This document shows, in pieces, positions 40,229 through 48,754 of a stretch of 64,000 bases of DNA. A program made the translations under genes and the position numbers. The notes below the pieces were generated by a model. That model searched no databases. It was given only the letters and a program-made list of their open reading frames with translations, and was not told where the DNA came from. Source of the stretch: a virus (Duplodnaviria; Caudoviricetes); IMG/VR virus record IMGVR_UViG_3300047561_000814, positions 40,478 through 104,477 of that record. One strand, 5' to 3'. Within the stretch, counting starts at the first letter, position 1. Each line of letters opens with the position of its first letter.

Positions 40229-40664
40229 TTTTTGGGCTCTCCACTCCTACTAGTTTGAGTTCTTCAACTGTACCACATTGAGGGCACTTTTCCAAATCCT
40301 GTTCATCAAAGGCATCTCTGATAGTATTATCAGGGTCTTCAAATTCAGCACCACAGTTTTCACAGTAGAACCAGTTATGGCTAATCAAGACCTGAATAGT
40401 CGTATCAGGTGGACAAGGAACCTCAGTGACAAAGTATCCTATTCTATTTACAATGTGCCAGCCGTTCCAGATGTAGGAACCACCGTCGTCACCATCACCA
40501 TACATCCAGATATAGGCAGGGTCTTGTTCTTTTACAAACTCAACCTCTTTATCGTAGGTCTCAAACATATGCCCATCAAAACTAGCATTCTCATCTAGAT
40601 GATTCTTAATAGGCTTATAAGTGTCAAACCACTCATCTTCCGTCATCTCAATAAAGTTATCCAT
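40215..40664 (-). CDS. early protein with C-terminal zinc ribbon
   Basis: VNRIGYFVTE; CENC..CPQC. Confidence 0.6.
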   Translation of the reverse strand: MDNFIEMTEDEWFDTYKPIKNHLDENASFDGHMFETYDKEVEFVKEQDPAYIWMYGDGDDGGSYIWNGWHIVNRIGYFVTEVPCPPDTTIQVLISHNWFYCENCGAEFEDPDNTIRDAFDEQDLEKCPQCGTVEELKLVGVESPKNANL

Positions 40665-40929
40665 TTTTCTTAGTCCTATCACTAATAGCAAATGCTAACT
40701 CATATGTTAATTGATATACAACTGAATAGGCGTCTAGCATGCCTTCCCAATATTTACGTTCCATTGAATCCATTGCTTCTTCTGATTCATCTTCAGCCTC
40801 TTGGGCAAGAGTTAGTTGCTCCTCTGCTTCTAGCATGAAGTTCTTTAGTTCACCATGAAGAATATCAGTACCTGATTCTCCTAGGTCTATTAGTTTCTGT
40901 AGTCGTGGTGCTAGGGTCATGTTATTCAT
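40657..40929 (-). CDS. hypothetical early protein
   Basis: Overlapping ORF. Confidence 0.55.
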   Translation of the reverse strand: MNNMTLAPRLQKLIDLGESGTDILHGELKNFMLEAEEQLTLAQEAEDESEEAMDSMERKYWEGMLDAYSVVYQLTYELAFAISDRTKKNG

Positions 40930-41067
40930 TCTTTAATCATACCCTCTGCCACTGACAAATAGTGACGGGACACATGAATGGCACCCTCAAGATAAGGAAC
41001 AATGCTATCAGCACCATCCTCATTCTCTAGGTCTTGTTCAAGGCTAATCGCATGAATCTTAATATAC

Positions 41068-41268
41068 TCAGTTAGAGTCTGTAGGTTCATCTTCATCCTC
41101 TTCTTCTTCGTCTTCTTCTTCAGGTTGTTCATCTACATCAATAGAATAAACTTCACTTGAATATCCGTAGTCTTCGTAGTGCCAGCCTTGTTCTTCGGCT
41201 TCTGCCTCGTTCTCTGCTTCTACCTCGTAATTGTATTCTACAATCACCTTTACATCATACATTGGCAT
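41068..41268 (-). CDS. small acidic early protein
   Basis: aaggag RBS; very acidic. Confidence 0.6.
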   Translation of the reverse strand: MPMYDVKVIVEYNYEVEAENEAEAEEQGWHYEDYGYSSEVYSIDVDEQPEEEDEEEEDEDEPTDSN

Positions 41269-41292
41269 TTTGTTCTCCTTTAGGTCTATATA

Positions 41293-41544
41293 TTAATTAT
41301 AGGGGTTGGTGTTGATTTTAACAAGTCCTGTAGGTGTGACCTTGCTCACATCTGTAATGATAGGGACAAAGGCATCTGACAACCCAATATTAACTAAATT
41401 AGGAGATCCACAAGAACACCAGCCTCGCCAGTCTCTGATATTTTTCAGGGTAGTAATCTCCATCAAGGCATCACAATCATTACATACATAATCATACTTA
41501 GTCCACATACTTAGTCTCCATACACTTATAAATATTTGTATCAC
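41293..41544 (-). CDS. zinc-ribbon early protein
   Basis: CNDC..CSCGS; the true start is probably the internal MWTKY. Confidence 0.5.
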   Translation of the reverse strand: MIQIFISVWRLSMWTKYDYVCNDCDALMEITTLKNIRDWRGWCSCGSPNLVNIGLSDAFVPIITDVSKVTPTGLVKINTNPYN

Positions 41545-41983
41545 TCATAGCATGAATCCACTCCATGAATTCTTCTTTAGCAAAGTCCTCAGCATCTTCA
41601 TCTGCTACTTCCATGCCCATTTCTTTCCAGGAATCTAAATAAATATCTAACTCAAGAGTCACTCTAATACGATTCATTAGTCAAAGTACCCTTCTGCCCA
41701 TAGACCTTGTAGGAAGTCTTGTGCCATAACTAAATAATTATGAATAGCGGGGTTTTGGTCTGCATCAAGCATGAAGTCAGCAGTTTTAACTCCATAAACC
41801 ATGTTTTCTAAATCTTCCAGTGTATAGCCTAACATTATCCTACCTCTATTCCTGCATACTTAGCAATAGTGTTTAGTGTAATATGGATATGGCAGTCACA
41901 ATCAATACCGCCCATGTTTTCCTCAAACTCTAGGTGTGAGAAGTTATCATCATAGATTTCATTTATTAGGTCATTTATGGTGT

Positions 41984-42202
41984 TCAAGCATATTCCTTTT
42001 CATAGGCAGGAAGTGAGGTTACTACCAATTCTAACATTTGTGCAGGGTATCTGTCAAGTACCCAATTAAGAGCCTCTCCAGCAGTTTTAAAATCAGAGGC
42101 GGTGCTACTGTATCCATACCCCTGGATAGTTGCTTCCCAGCAATCAATCCCACCAGGAGATACGGCATAGTTCATTTCATAGATTTCTACTTTTAGGGTC
42201 AT
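41984..42202 (-). CDS. hypothetical early protein
   Basis: TTGACA promoter directly upstream. Confidence 0.55.
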   Translation of the reverse strand: MTLKVEIYEMNYAVSPGGIDCWEATIQGYGYSSTASDFKTAGEALNWVLDRYPAQMLELVVTSLPAYEKEYA

Positions 42203-42322
42203 GTATTAATTATCCTACAAACTGGGAAAAATGTCAAGTATCCGTAATGAGAAAATGGGAAAAATATCATTTCAACGTAATAAGATTATAACAAAAATGT
42301 TATCAAACTCGGGGCCCCTTTG

Positions 42323-42396
42323 CGGCTCTGATGGGACTTGAACCCACGATCTCTACCGTGACAGGGTAGCGCATTAACCAACTATGCTACAGAACC
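42323..42396 (-). tRNA. tRNA-Asp(GTC)
   Basis: ctacc-ctGTCac-ggtag; T-loop ttcaagt. Confidence 0.92.
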
Positions 42397-42403
42397 AAAA
42401 TAG

Positions 42404-42433
42404 TGAGCAGTTTTAAATCATGCTCAGGATTTT
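42404..42433 (-). ncRNA. pseudoknot motif copy
   Basis: AAAUC-CUGAGCAU-GAUUU-AAAAC-UGCUCA, between the DUF932 stop and tRNA-Asp. Confidence 0.75.
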
Positions 42434-42437
42434 TTTA

Positions 42438-43454
42438 CTAAACTAGTTGCAAAGTATTTTGCACAATAGTTAGCAAACGATTTTTCTCTGCATTGGTAGC
42501 AGGGTCAAATCCAGAAGCAGCAGCAAACATGCTTTCGCCATTTGCACTACGAGCAGAACGATACCAGTCTAAACGCTCAGTTAGCGCATTAAACGCACCC
42601 CAAGCATTACCACTAATCATTCCGTTAAATTCACCAGTGTAAATATCGTTAATCATATCTACCTTGTTTTCCCATTTCTTTACAGCACCCTTAGTATCTT
42701 TATCAGGCTTAGGGTAAGCAGCAAGAATAATGTTATTGAAATCTTGTGCGGAGATTTCTTTTGCTATCATGGCATGAGCCATCTTATCAAATTCGTCCAT
42801 GTAAGAATTAGCCATGCCTAGTGCCTGACGAGCAACAGCAATTTTGCCCTCAGCGGTTTGGGTATGACGGATTTTGAAAGATTGCTTAACGCCATCTTTC
42901 TTGCGTGTGCGGTTAAGTGCAACATTAAGAGTATTAGCACACACAACACGAACTGGTGTTATGCTTGCTTGAATAGCGATTGAACCATCATGTGATGTGT
43001 TGATGAGTAAATAAGTCTTTACAACATCAGCAACGCCATTAGGGTCTAATACGGTTTCACGCTCTAATGCAAGAGAGCCAAATACCACACGCCCACCACT
43101 AATTGAACCAGCGGTTTCCCAACGCCCACCACCATCAAGAATGTTATCGCCAAAGGCAAATAAATCCTCATTTTGTAGTGGAACATAACGCTGACCAACA
43201 ATTCCCAAAACATCAGTTTGAGATTTATCAGTAGGGTTAGTGCGAACAACATATTGATATTGTTTATCAGATACTAGGGTAGTGGGGATTTCTAAATCCT
43301 CTAGTCTAACATTCCAATTATTAAGATTAGCAGCAACAAGCATTTCACTTGTATTTTTTTCAGTATCAAATACTGTGCCTAGATTATGCCAAGCAGGTTC
43401 TCTAAATGAAGCAAAACTTGCTACGCCATTTTGAGTTTCTAAATCATGAGCCAT
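42438..43454 (-). CDS. DUF932 / TIGR03299-like phage-plasmid protein
   Basis: PAWHNLG, Y.PLQN, ETAGS..GG, NTSHDGS, TPVRVVCANTL, W.AFNA.TE. Confidence 0.85.
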   Translation of the reverse strand: MAHDLETQNGVASFASFREPAWHNLGTVFDTEKNTSEMLVAANLNNWNVRLEDLEIPTTLVSDKQYQYVVRTNPTDKSQTDVLGIVGQRYVPLQNEDLFAFGDNILDGGGRWETAGSISGGRVVFGSLALERETVLDPNGVADVVKTYLLINTSHDGSIAIQASITPVRVVCANTLNVALNRTRKKDGVKQSFKIRHTQTAEGKIAVARQALGMANSYMDEFDKMAHAMIAKEISAQDFNNIILAAYPKPDKDTKGAVKKWENKVDMINDIYTGEFNGMISGNAWGAFNALTERLDWYRSARSANGESMFAAASGFDPATNAEKNRLLTIVQNTLQLV

Positions 43455-43480
43455 TTTTATCCTTTCGGTTGTTTTAACTA

Positions 43481-43509
43481 AGTCTAGCAGTCATGACTGA
43501 CAATGTCAA
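43481..43509 (-). promoter_or_regulatory. promoter with PafBC/RecA-NDp-type motif
   Basis: TTGACA-t-TGTCAG-tcatgactgc-TAGACT. Confidence 0.75.
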
Positions 43510-43592
43510 CTAGGACTGGGGAAAATGGTTTAATCTTCTTAAATGGTATAAATCGGACATTTGGGGCCCCCCGAGTTTTTCTGCAGAAATAT

Positions 43593-43621
43593 AGAGCCTT
43601 TTTAAATCATGCTCAGGATCT
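43593..43621 (-). ncRNA. pseudoknot motif copy
   Basis: AGAUC-CUGAGCAU-GAUUU-AAAAAG-GCUC. Confidence 0.7.
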
Positions 43622-43679
43622 TTGGCCCCTTATTTATACTGGCTGTACCGTCGCCAGTTTTGATAGCCCCCTATCAAAT

Positions 43680-44159
43680 TTAGTAGTGGTCCTCTAATGA
43701 AACTTCGTCCACAGTTAAGTCTGCGTCGTAGTCATATGAATTAAGTTCTGCTTCAATTGAAACATTGCTTAAATCAAAGTCAGCAATTTCTGACATTGGG
43801 ACGCTGATTGTTCCGCTGAATGAAACTGTACCTTGTACTTCAATTTCCTTGACTGGATTAACACCAAAGAGTTCACATAGCGCTACAAGAACTTCTTCTT
43901 TAGAATAGTTAGGGTCATACCATTCTACGATATTGTCTTCAAGTTGACTTACTGTTCCCTGCAGGCTACGCAATAAATCTTCTTTAGCACGTGCACTATG
44001 AAGGTCCCATTCAAGTTCTGTTACCTTGGATGTTAAATATGTTGGCTCTTCAGGAGCAGCATATGTTCCCGCAATAGCCTTGTACGTTACAAGAAGATTT
44101 GGGTTGTACGGTACTTCTAGTTTATCAATTGTTACTGCATCGCTGATATTGGTTGACAT
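43680..44159 (-). CDS. hypothetical early protein
   Basis: Start moved to MSTNIS because the promoter lies at 44197-44218. Confidence 0.65.
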   Translation of the reverse strand: MSTNISDAVTIDKLEVPYNPNLLVTYKAIAGTYAAPEEPTYLTSKVTELEWDLHSARAKEDLLRSLQGTVSQLEDNIVEWYDPNYSKEEVLVALCELFGVNPVKEIEVQGTVSFSGTISVPMSEIADFDLSNVSIEAELNSYDYDADLTVDEVSLEDHY

Positions 44160-44196
44160 TGTGGGGCCTCTTCCTTGTTGTTTGGTTATTAATCTA

Positions 44197-44218
44197 ATCA
44201 TAGCAGCGGTCACTGACA
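44197..44218 (-). promoter_or_regulatory. promoter with PafBC/RecA-NDp-type motif
   Basis: TGTCAG-tgaccgctgc-TATGAT. Confidence 0.72.
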
Positions 44219-44266
44219 AATGCAAGTTGTAAGCCTAGGGTTCTTAATTAGTCTCACATAATGAGA

Positions 44267-44282
44267 TGTGATTTAGATCACG
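44267..44282. promoter_or_regulatory. CRP/GlxR-like box
   Basis: TGTGA-tttaga-TCACG. Confidence 0.6.
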
Positions 44283-44316
44283 TTGCCTCGGGGGATTTTT
44301 GCAGGGCAATTAAAAA

Positions 44317-44345
44317 TAAGCCTTTTTGATTCATGCTTAGGAATT
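44317..44345 (-). ncRNA. pseudoknot motif copy
   Basis: AUUC-CUAAGCAU-GAAU-CAAAAAG-GCUUA (compensatory changes in both stems). Confidence 0.72.
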
Positions 44346-44414
44346 TACACCTCTTACAGTTAGTGCGAACTGTGCTCTATAGTATTTCTATGATCGCCCT
44401 AATCAGCCTGGCGA

Positions 44415-44442
44415 AAGCAGTTTGAAATCATGCTCAGGATTT
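44415..44442 (-). ncRNA. pseudoknot motif copy
   Basis: AAAUC-CUGAGCAU-GAUUU-CAAAC-UGCUU. Confidence 0.7.
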
Positions 44443-44446
44443 TTTA

Positions 44447-44617
44447 TTATTTAGTTGTGCTTACCATAGCAAGACGACGAGAGCCGTTTGCTAGTTGTAA
44501 TGAAACCCTAGTAAGTTTAGAATTAAGTGGTGAGAACTTTACAATTCTACCTGTAATTCCAGTTTTGCTAGTGGTGAATAAATCACCTAGTTGATATGTG
44601 TATCCGCCTAGTGTCAT
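44447..44617 (-). CDS. 56-aa SH3/KOW-like protein (below cutoff)
   Basis: MTLGGYTYQLGDLFTTSKTGITGRIVKF..; aagga RBS; own TTGACT-17-TAGACT promoter. Confidence 0.65.
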   Translation of the reverse strand: MTLGGYTYQLGDLFTTSKTGITGRIVKFSPLNSKLTRVSLQLANGSRRLAMVSTTK

Positions 44618-44711
44618 GATTTTCCTTTTCTGTTTGGGTGGTTTGCTTACTTACTTAGTCTAACATTTTTTAGGGGGGAAGTCAATTACCCTTCCCCACC
44701 TAATTATCTAA

Positions 44712-45134
44712 TTAAAGATAACGAGCAATAGCGTTATAGGTGCTAGTGCTAACTGTTTCCTCGTCTGTCATTTTAAGGATACGGATAGCGTTTTCCATTT
44801 CCTCTTTTTGCTCACGATAAGTGTGCTGATGTAGTTGCTCAAAATTACGCTCAGGCTCTTTAGGGAACTCGCCTTCCTTAACTGTAATATCAAAATCAAC
44901 ATTAAGGTTTTGGCTGTATGAGCGATAGTTGGTGCGTAGGTTTTCTGCCTTAGCAACATTAGCGATAGCAAAAACAAATAATTCTTTTTTCCAAGCCTCT
45001 ATTGCGGTTTGGAACTTTGCTTCGTTTTCGTCTTGCTTTTTATAGTTAGCCTCTAACTCTGCTAATCTATTTGTTAAGGCTGTAATAACCTTAGCAGTAG
45101 CGATTTTTACGCTGATGGGTTTGCTTCTTGCCAT
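44712..45134 (-). CDS. coiled-coil early protein
   Basis: aagga RBS. Confidence 0.65.
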   Translation of the reverse strand: MARSKPISVKIATAKVITALTNRLAELEANYKKQDENEAKFQTAIEAWKKELFVFAIANVAKAENLRTNYRSYSQNLNVDFDITVKEGEFPKEPERNFEQLHQHTYREQKEEMENAIRILKMTDEETVSTSTYNAIARYL

Positions 45135-45181
45135 TTGTTTTGGTTTCCTTTTCGTTTGGTGTAGTTGATGGGGGTTTGAGT

Positions 45182-45211
45182 TGAGCAGTTTTAGTTGTCA
45201 TGCTCAGGACA
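45182..45211 (-). ncRNA. pseudoknot motif copy
   Basis: UGUC-CUGAGCAU-GACA-ACUAAAAC-UGCUCA. Confidence 0.75.
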
Positions 45212-45230
45212 TTTAGCCACTAGGCTAAGA

Positions 45231-45398
45231 CTATGACTTTGCTGTCCAAGTTGTCCAGCGAGTTGCGCCATTAACCTCTAACTTAACACGAACATTACCA
45301 TTTGCTTGTGGCACGATTTCTGTAATTGTTCCAGTTGCCTTTGACTTTTGGCTTGTGTAGGTATCTCCTACTTTGTAGATTGCGTTTGCTACTGACAT
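45231..45398 (-). CDS. 55-aa SH3/KOW-like protein (below cutoff)
   Basis: MSVANAIYKVGDTYTSQKSKATGTITEI..; aaggag RBS. Confidence 0.65.
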   Translation of the reverse strand: MSVANAIYKVGDTYTSQKSKATGTITEIVPQANGNVRVKLEVNGATRWTTWTAKS

Positions 45399-45500
45399 GG
45401 TTCTCCTTTGGTTGTTTTTGCTTACTGTATAAGTCTAACATTTTTTGGCTAAAAATACAAATCGTATTTCTAATAATCTCATATTTTGAGATGTGATATC

Positions 45501-45516
45501 TGTGATGTATATCACA
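45501..45516. promoter_or_regulatory. CRP/GlxR box (perfect)
   Basis: TGTGA-tgtata-TCACA. Confidence 0.65.
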
Positions 45517-45619
45517 CCACGATACCGAAACGGACAAAACGGACATTACTTATGCCCAAGACCTGCGAATAAGACCATGACAAATAAGATAGTTAGAATT
45601 GTTAATTCCAAGATTACCC

Positions 45620-46348
45620 CTATTTTTTAGATGATGAAAAAACTATGTCGCTCTTAGAGTATACACACAATCCGCAAGAAACGCAAGCAGAGCCAGCGCT
45701 TGATATAAGTGGAATGGCTTTTAAGTTTTCAGGACACTTAGCGCCAGGTTTATTAAATAACTCTTTCATATCTGCTTGACCTATTGCAAAATTCTTTGCA
45801 AGGTATGCAAGGCGTATGCCATGATCTTTTTTAAGACTAACGCCTATCTCTTTATTCTCGCTGTCTGTAGAATAGTATAAAGATAGATTAGGAATATTCT
45901 TAAGCATTAGTGCTGCAGACTGTACTCTAGTGTATACCCAAAACTTTATATCTGTATTGTTAAGGATGATATATTGCCATGCTCTAGTGTACTTATCATT
46001 AAAGAAGTCACCGTCCCAGTGAATGCGAAATAGCAATGGCGCATTTTTCTTTTCACAATCTTTTTTAAAATCAGCAATCATGTTTTCTAATAAATCAACC
46101 ATGGTAGGTTCATCTGCGTCTTTCAATAACTCCCAATTGTGTAGGAGGTTAGTCTTTACTCCTTTGAATAACTTTTCAAGTTTTCCCGCGTAGCAAACAC
46201 TTTCACAAATATTAGTGGCACCAGGGCATGAGTAAGCCTTTCCAGCAGGGAGGCCGAATGTGTTCGCAATTGCGGCTTGCTTTCCATTTTTTGTAACAAG
46301 ATTAGCAACCTTTCTATCATGTGATCTTTTTAGTTGTGGTGTTGTCAT
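45620..46348 (-). CDS. GP88-family Cys-rich protein (mycobacteriophage gene 88-like)
   Basis: CPGA..C...CYA, FRIHWDGDF, WVYTR, CP..C..C.LC. Confidence 0.75.
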   Translation of the reverse strand: MTTPQLKRSHDRKVANLVTKNGKQAAIANTFGLPAGKAYSCPGATNICESVCYAGKLEKLFKGVKTNLLHNWELLKDADEPTMVDLLENMIADFKKDCEKKNAPLLFRIHWDGDFFNDKYTRAWQYIILNNTDIKFWVYTRVQSAALMLKNIPNLSLYYSTDSENKEIGVSLKKDHGIRLAYLAKNFAIGQADMKELFNKPGAKCPENLKAIPLISSAGSACVSCGLCVYSKSDIVFSSSKK

Positions 46349-46429
46349 ATGAAAATTCTAGCAGAATATGGGAAAAATATCAAGTCGCCTTAATTGGTAC
46401 AAATCGGACAAATCGCCCTCGGGCGCCTC

Positions 46430-46681
46430 TTAGAGCAACATCATTAAATCAAATTGGTCGTATTCACCAACTTGAATTATTTCACTTTCACCAAAATCAT
46501 TGACAACTTCTAAAGTGTATCCGTCAGGTAGTGAAATTATATCTGCAATAGACACAACCTCATCGTCAATTAAAATACAATCATCAACCATTAACTGTCC
46601 TGCAGTTAAGATATCAACTTTTACGTAGTCCACAATCTGAATAGTATCATCATTTTCTAGATCAATCACATTACTCCTCAA
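46430..46681 (-). CDS. hypothetical acidic protein
   Basis: ORF. Confidence 0.5.
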   Translation of the reverse strand: MRSNVIDLENDDTIQIVDYVKVDILTAGQLMVDDCILIDDEVVSIADIISLPDGYTLEVVNDFGESEIIQVGEYDQFDLMMLL

Positions 46682-46752
46682 TTTCTGCTAGTGTTTCCCA
46701 TAGAATAGGTTCTAGTATTAGTGCAACTGCGTCTAACTTATCTTGCAAGTCC

Positions 46753-47037
46753 TTACTCATCTACTGGCTCAATAAACCAATGCAGGTGGTGTCCATCAAC
46801 AATGAATTTTGCTGGTGCTTCTGACTGACCACGCCAAGTAATCTGAAAGTCATTTACTTTTGGCAAGGTAATCATACGGTCATAGTCCTCATCATAGTAA
46901 GCGTCAATAGCCTCAATACAAGGTTGCACCATTTCAGAAGGCACTGGTGGATAATGATTACCACGCAAGTGATATAGAATCTGAGTTTCTAAATCTAATA
47001 CTGAATCCTTGATACCTAGTGCTGTTACGGAACCCAT
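46753..47037 (-). CDS. conserved actinophage hypothetical protein
   Basis: HLRGNHYPPVP..HHL. Confidence 0.65.
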   Translation of the reverse strand: MGSVTALGIKDSVLDLETQILYHLRGNHYPPVPSEMVQPCIEAIDAYYDEDYDRMITLPKVNDFQITWRGQSEAPAKFIVDGHHLHWFIEPVDE

Positions 47038-47038
47038 A

Positions 47039-47248
47039 TTATTTCACACTCACATTTCCGTTGCGATAGAAGGTCTTAGTATACATCTTACCCGTAGGGT
47101 CTGACAAGTTGTAGGTTGCGTATTCTTTAGCGTCGCCAAAGTCCACACACTTAGTCCAAGCATTGACTGCCTCTAGCATATCGCTAACTCGCAGGGTATG
47201 AATTAACTCTCCATCATATGAAGTAGTAAGTGAATAAGTATATTCCAT
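47039..47248 (-). CDS. hypothetical early protein
   Basis: aaggag RBS. Confidence 0.6.
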   Translation of the reverse strand: MEYTYSLTTSYDGELIHTLRVSDMLEAVNAWTKCVDFGDAKEYATYNLSDPTGKMYTKTFYRNGNVSVK

Positions 47249-47445
47249 TATGCGTTCTCCTTAGTAGAAAATAAAGCGTGGGCAGTAAATAATTCATCAG
47301 CAGGGATATTGTAAGGATTACACTCACACGCCCATACATCGTAGTCTATCTCATTACCTGCAAATTGCCAACCTTGTCCGTAGCACATGTCGCAAGCAAG
47401 TATTTCCATTATGGCATTTTTAACTTTTCCCATTAGCAATACCAA
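47248..47445 (-). CDS. small Cys-containing early protein
   Basis: CDMC..CECNP. Confidence 0.55.
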   Translation of the reverse strand: MVLLMGKVKNAIMEILACDMCYGQGWQFAGNEIDYDVWACECNPYNIPADELFTAHALFSTKENA

Positions 47446-47584
47446 TCCTCTCCTAAAGCCTTTTCAGCACACCAATCAGTATAGTGCTTATCGCACATAG
47501 TTTCAACATTAGAGTTAATCATGTTGATATTATTTTTTGTAGCGTAACAAATATTACACATAGTTTTCCTTTCGTTATATCTTT

Positions 47585-47606
47585 ATCCTATCAGACTGGA
47601 CTGACA
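47585..47606 (-). promoter_or_regulatory. promoter with PafBC/RecA-NDp-type motif
   Basis: TGTCAG-tccagtctga-TAGGAT. Confidence 0.72.
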
Positions 47607-47644
47607 AAATCCAATTAGACACGAAGAATCTGGACAATCTGGAG

Positions 47645-47718
47645 TGTGATCTTAACCACATAATGGCCCTGTGGATAACCCTGTGGAAAACGCCCCGAGG
47701 ATTTTAGAACAAATGTTC
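47645..47718. promoter_or_regulatory. cluster of CRP-like, DnaA and LexA-like boxes
   Basis: TGTGAtcttaaCCACA 47645-60; TGTGGATAA 47670-78; TGTGGAAAA 47682-90; GAACaaatGTTC 47707-18. Confidence 0.6.
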
Positions 47719-47745
47719 GGACAGTTTTAGATCGTGTCCAGGATT
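47718..47745 (-). ncRNA. pseudoknot motif copy
   Basis: AUC-CUGGACAC-GAU-CUAAAAC-UGUCCG (P2 GGACA/UGUCC, compensatory). Confidence 0.72.
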
Positions 47746-47750
47746 TTTAT

Positions 47751-47897
47751 TTATACTTTTAGCGCTTTACGCAATTCATTTCGCAATCTGCGAATTTCTT
47801 TATCTTGTGCAACATTTTGTTTATAAAACAAAAACATTACCAACATTGAACCGCTTAGCGCAATTATTACAGCAAGCAAATCTAAATTAGTTAACAT
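47751..47897 (-). CDS. 48-aa membrane peptide (below cutoff)
   Basis: TM plus short coiled coil. Confidence 0.5.
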   Translation of the reverse strand: MLTNLDLLAVIIALSGSMLVMFLFYKQNVAQDKEIRRLRNELRKALKV

Positions 47898-48078
47898 TTA
47901 CAAATCCAATCTCGTCAATACCGCAAGCCTTTTCAAATCTTGCGAAATCAAAGTTTTCGTTATCTGCTTTGAACCAATCAGCAAAAGTATCTACCAAATC
48001 CTCATAAATAGTTTGCGGAATATCTTGTGCAAAACTTTTAAGAATATTTGCGGTTTGTATGTAGTCTTTTCTAGTCAT
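47887..48078 (-). CDS. small early protein
   Basis: MTRKDY..A..DN..FD..RF..AC motif. Confidence 0.7.
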   Translation of the reverse strand: MTRKDYIQTANILKSFAQDIPQTIYEDLVDTFADWFKADNENFDFARFEKACGIDEIGFVNVN

Positions 48079-48226
48079 TAGTTAGCCTCTCCGCTAGTAA
48101 ATAAATCGCCTAATGCAAAATCGCTACAATTACATTTTTCTACATCATAGTCAAGGTCGTTGCCCCAAAAGACAAGACCAACACCATTACACTCATCACA
48201 AGGAAAAGACATTACAGAATTTATCA

Positions 48227-48412
48227 TTATACTAACGCCTTTCCTCTAAGTGTGCCACTAACCCCAAGCATATCGCAAGATAATTTAACAGATACGCCAA
48301 CAGGTAATTGGTTTGGATAAGTGCTTATGAATTGAGCAACCGCACCCTTAGAAGGTAGGTTGATTTTTTTTACAGACCCATTATAGGTTTCTAGTTTTAC
48401 AGTATAAGTCAT
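48227..48412 (-). CDS. small early protein
   Basis: aaggtgg RBS; first gene after the promoter. Confidence 0.6.
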   Translation of the reverse strand: MTYTVKLETYNGSVKKINLPSKGAVAQFISTYPNQLPVGVSVKLSCDMLGVSGTLRGKALV

Positions 48413-48447
48413 TTCTGACCACCTTTCGTTTGTTTGTTTATATGGTA

Positions 48448-48469
48448 AGTTTAGCAGGTTTGGCAGACA
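48448..48469 (-). promoter_or_regulatory. promoter with PafBC/RecA-NDp-type motif
   Basis: TGTCTG-ccaaacctgc-TAAACT. Confidence 0.65.
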
Positions 48470-48507
48470 TTATCAAATTCAAATTCGGACATTTAGGACA
48501 TTGGGGG

Positions 48508-48523
48508 TGTGAGATACCTCACA
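48508..48523. promoter_or_regulatory. CRP/GlxR box (perfect)
   Basis: TGTGA-gatacc-TCACA. Confidence 0.65.
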
Positions 48524-48754
48524 ACGCCCCTTCGTTAAATAAGCCTATTTCTAACTCTAGGAGAGTTTCAGGCGGTATATCTGAAAGATCAAGCCACCCC
48601 GCACCCTCAGAATTCATGGTGAAAATTTCTACATAACCCATTATTTAGCCACCTTCCAATTTAGCACGATACAACTATCGCACATAGCAGGGATACCACG
48701 CTTAGAAGCATAAGCGGTATTTGTATAGCAAAACTCACAAAGTTTTTTTATCAT

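Noticed and set aside
42404-42433. Pseudoknot as a preQ1-I riboswitch
   Set aside because: Topology is similar, but the preQ1 consensus nucleotides are absent, copies lie 3' of genes, and no que genes are adjacent.
44375-44413. Hammerhead ribozyme (CUGAUUAG...GAAA)
   Set aside because: The core deviates from CUGANGA and the three required stems cannot be built.
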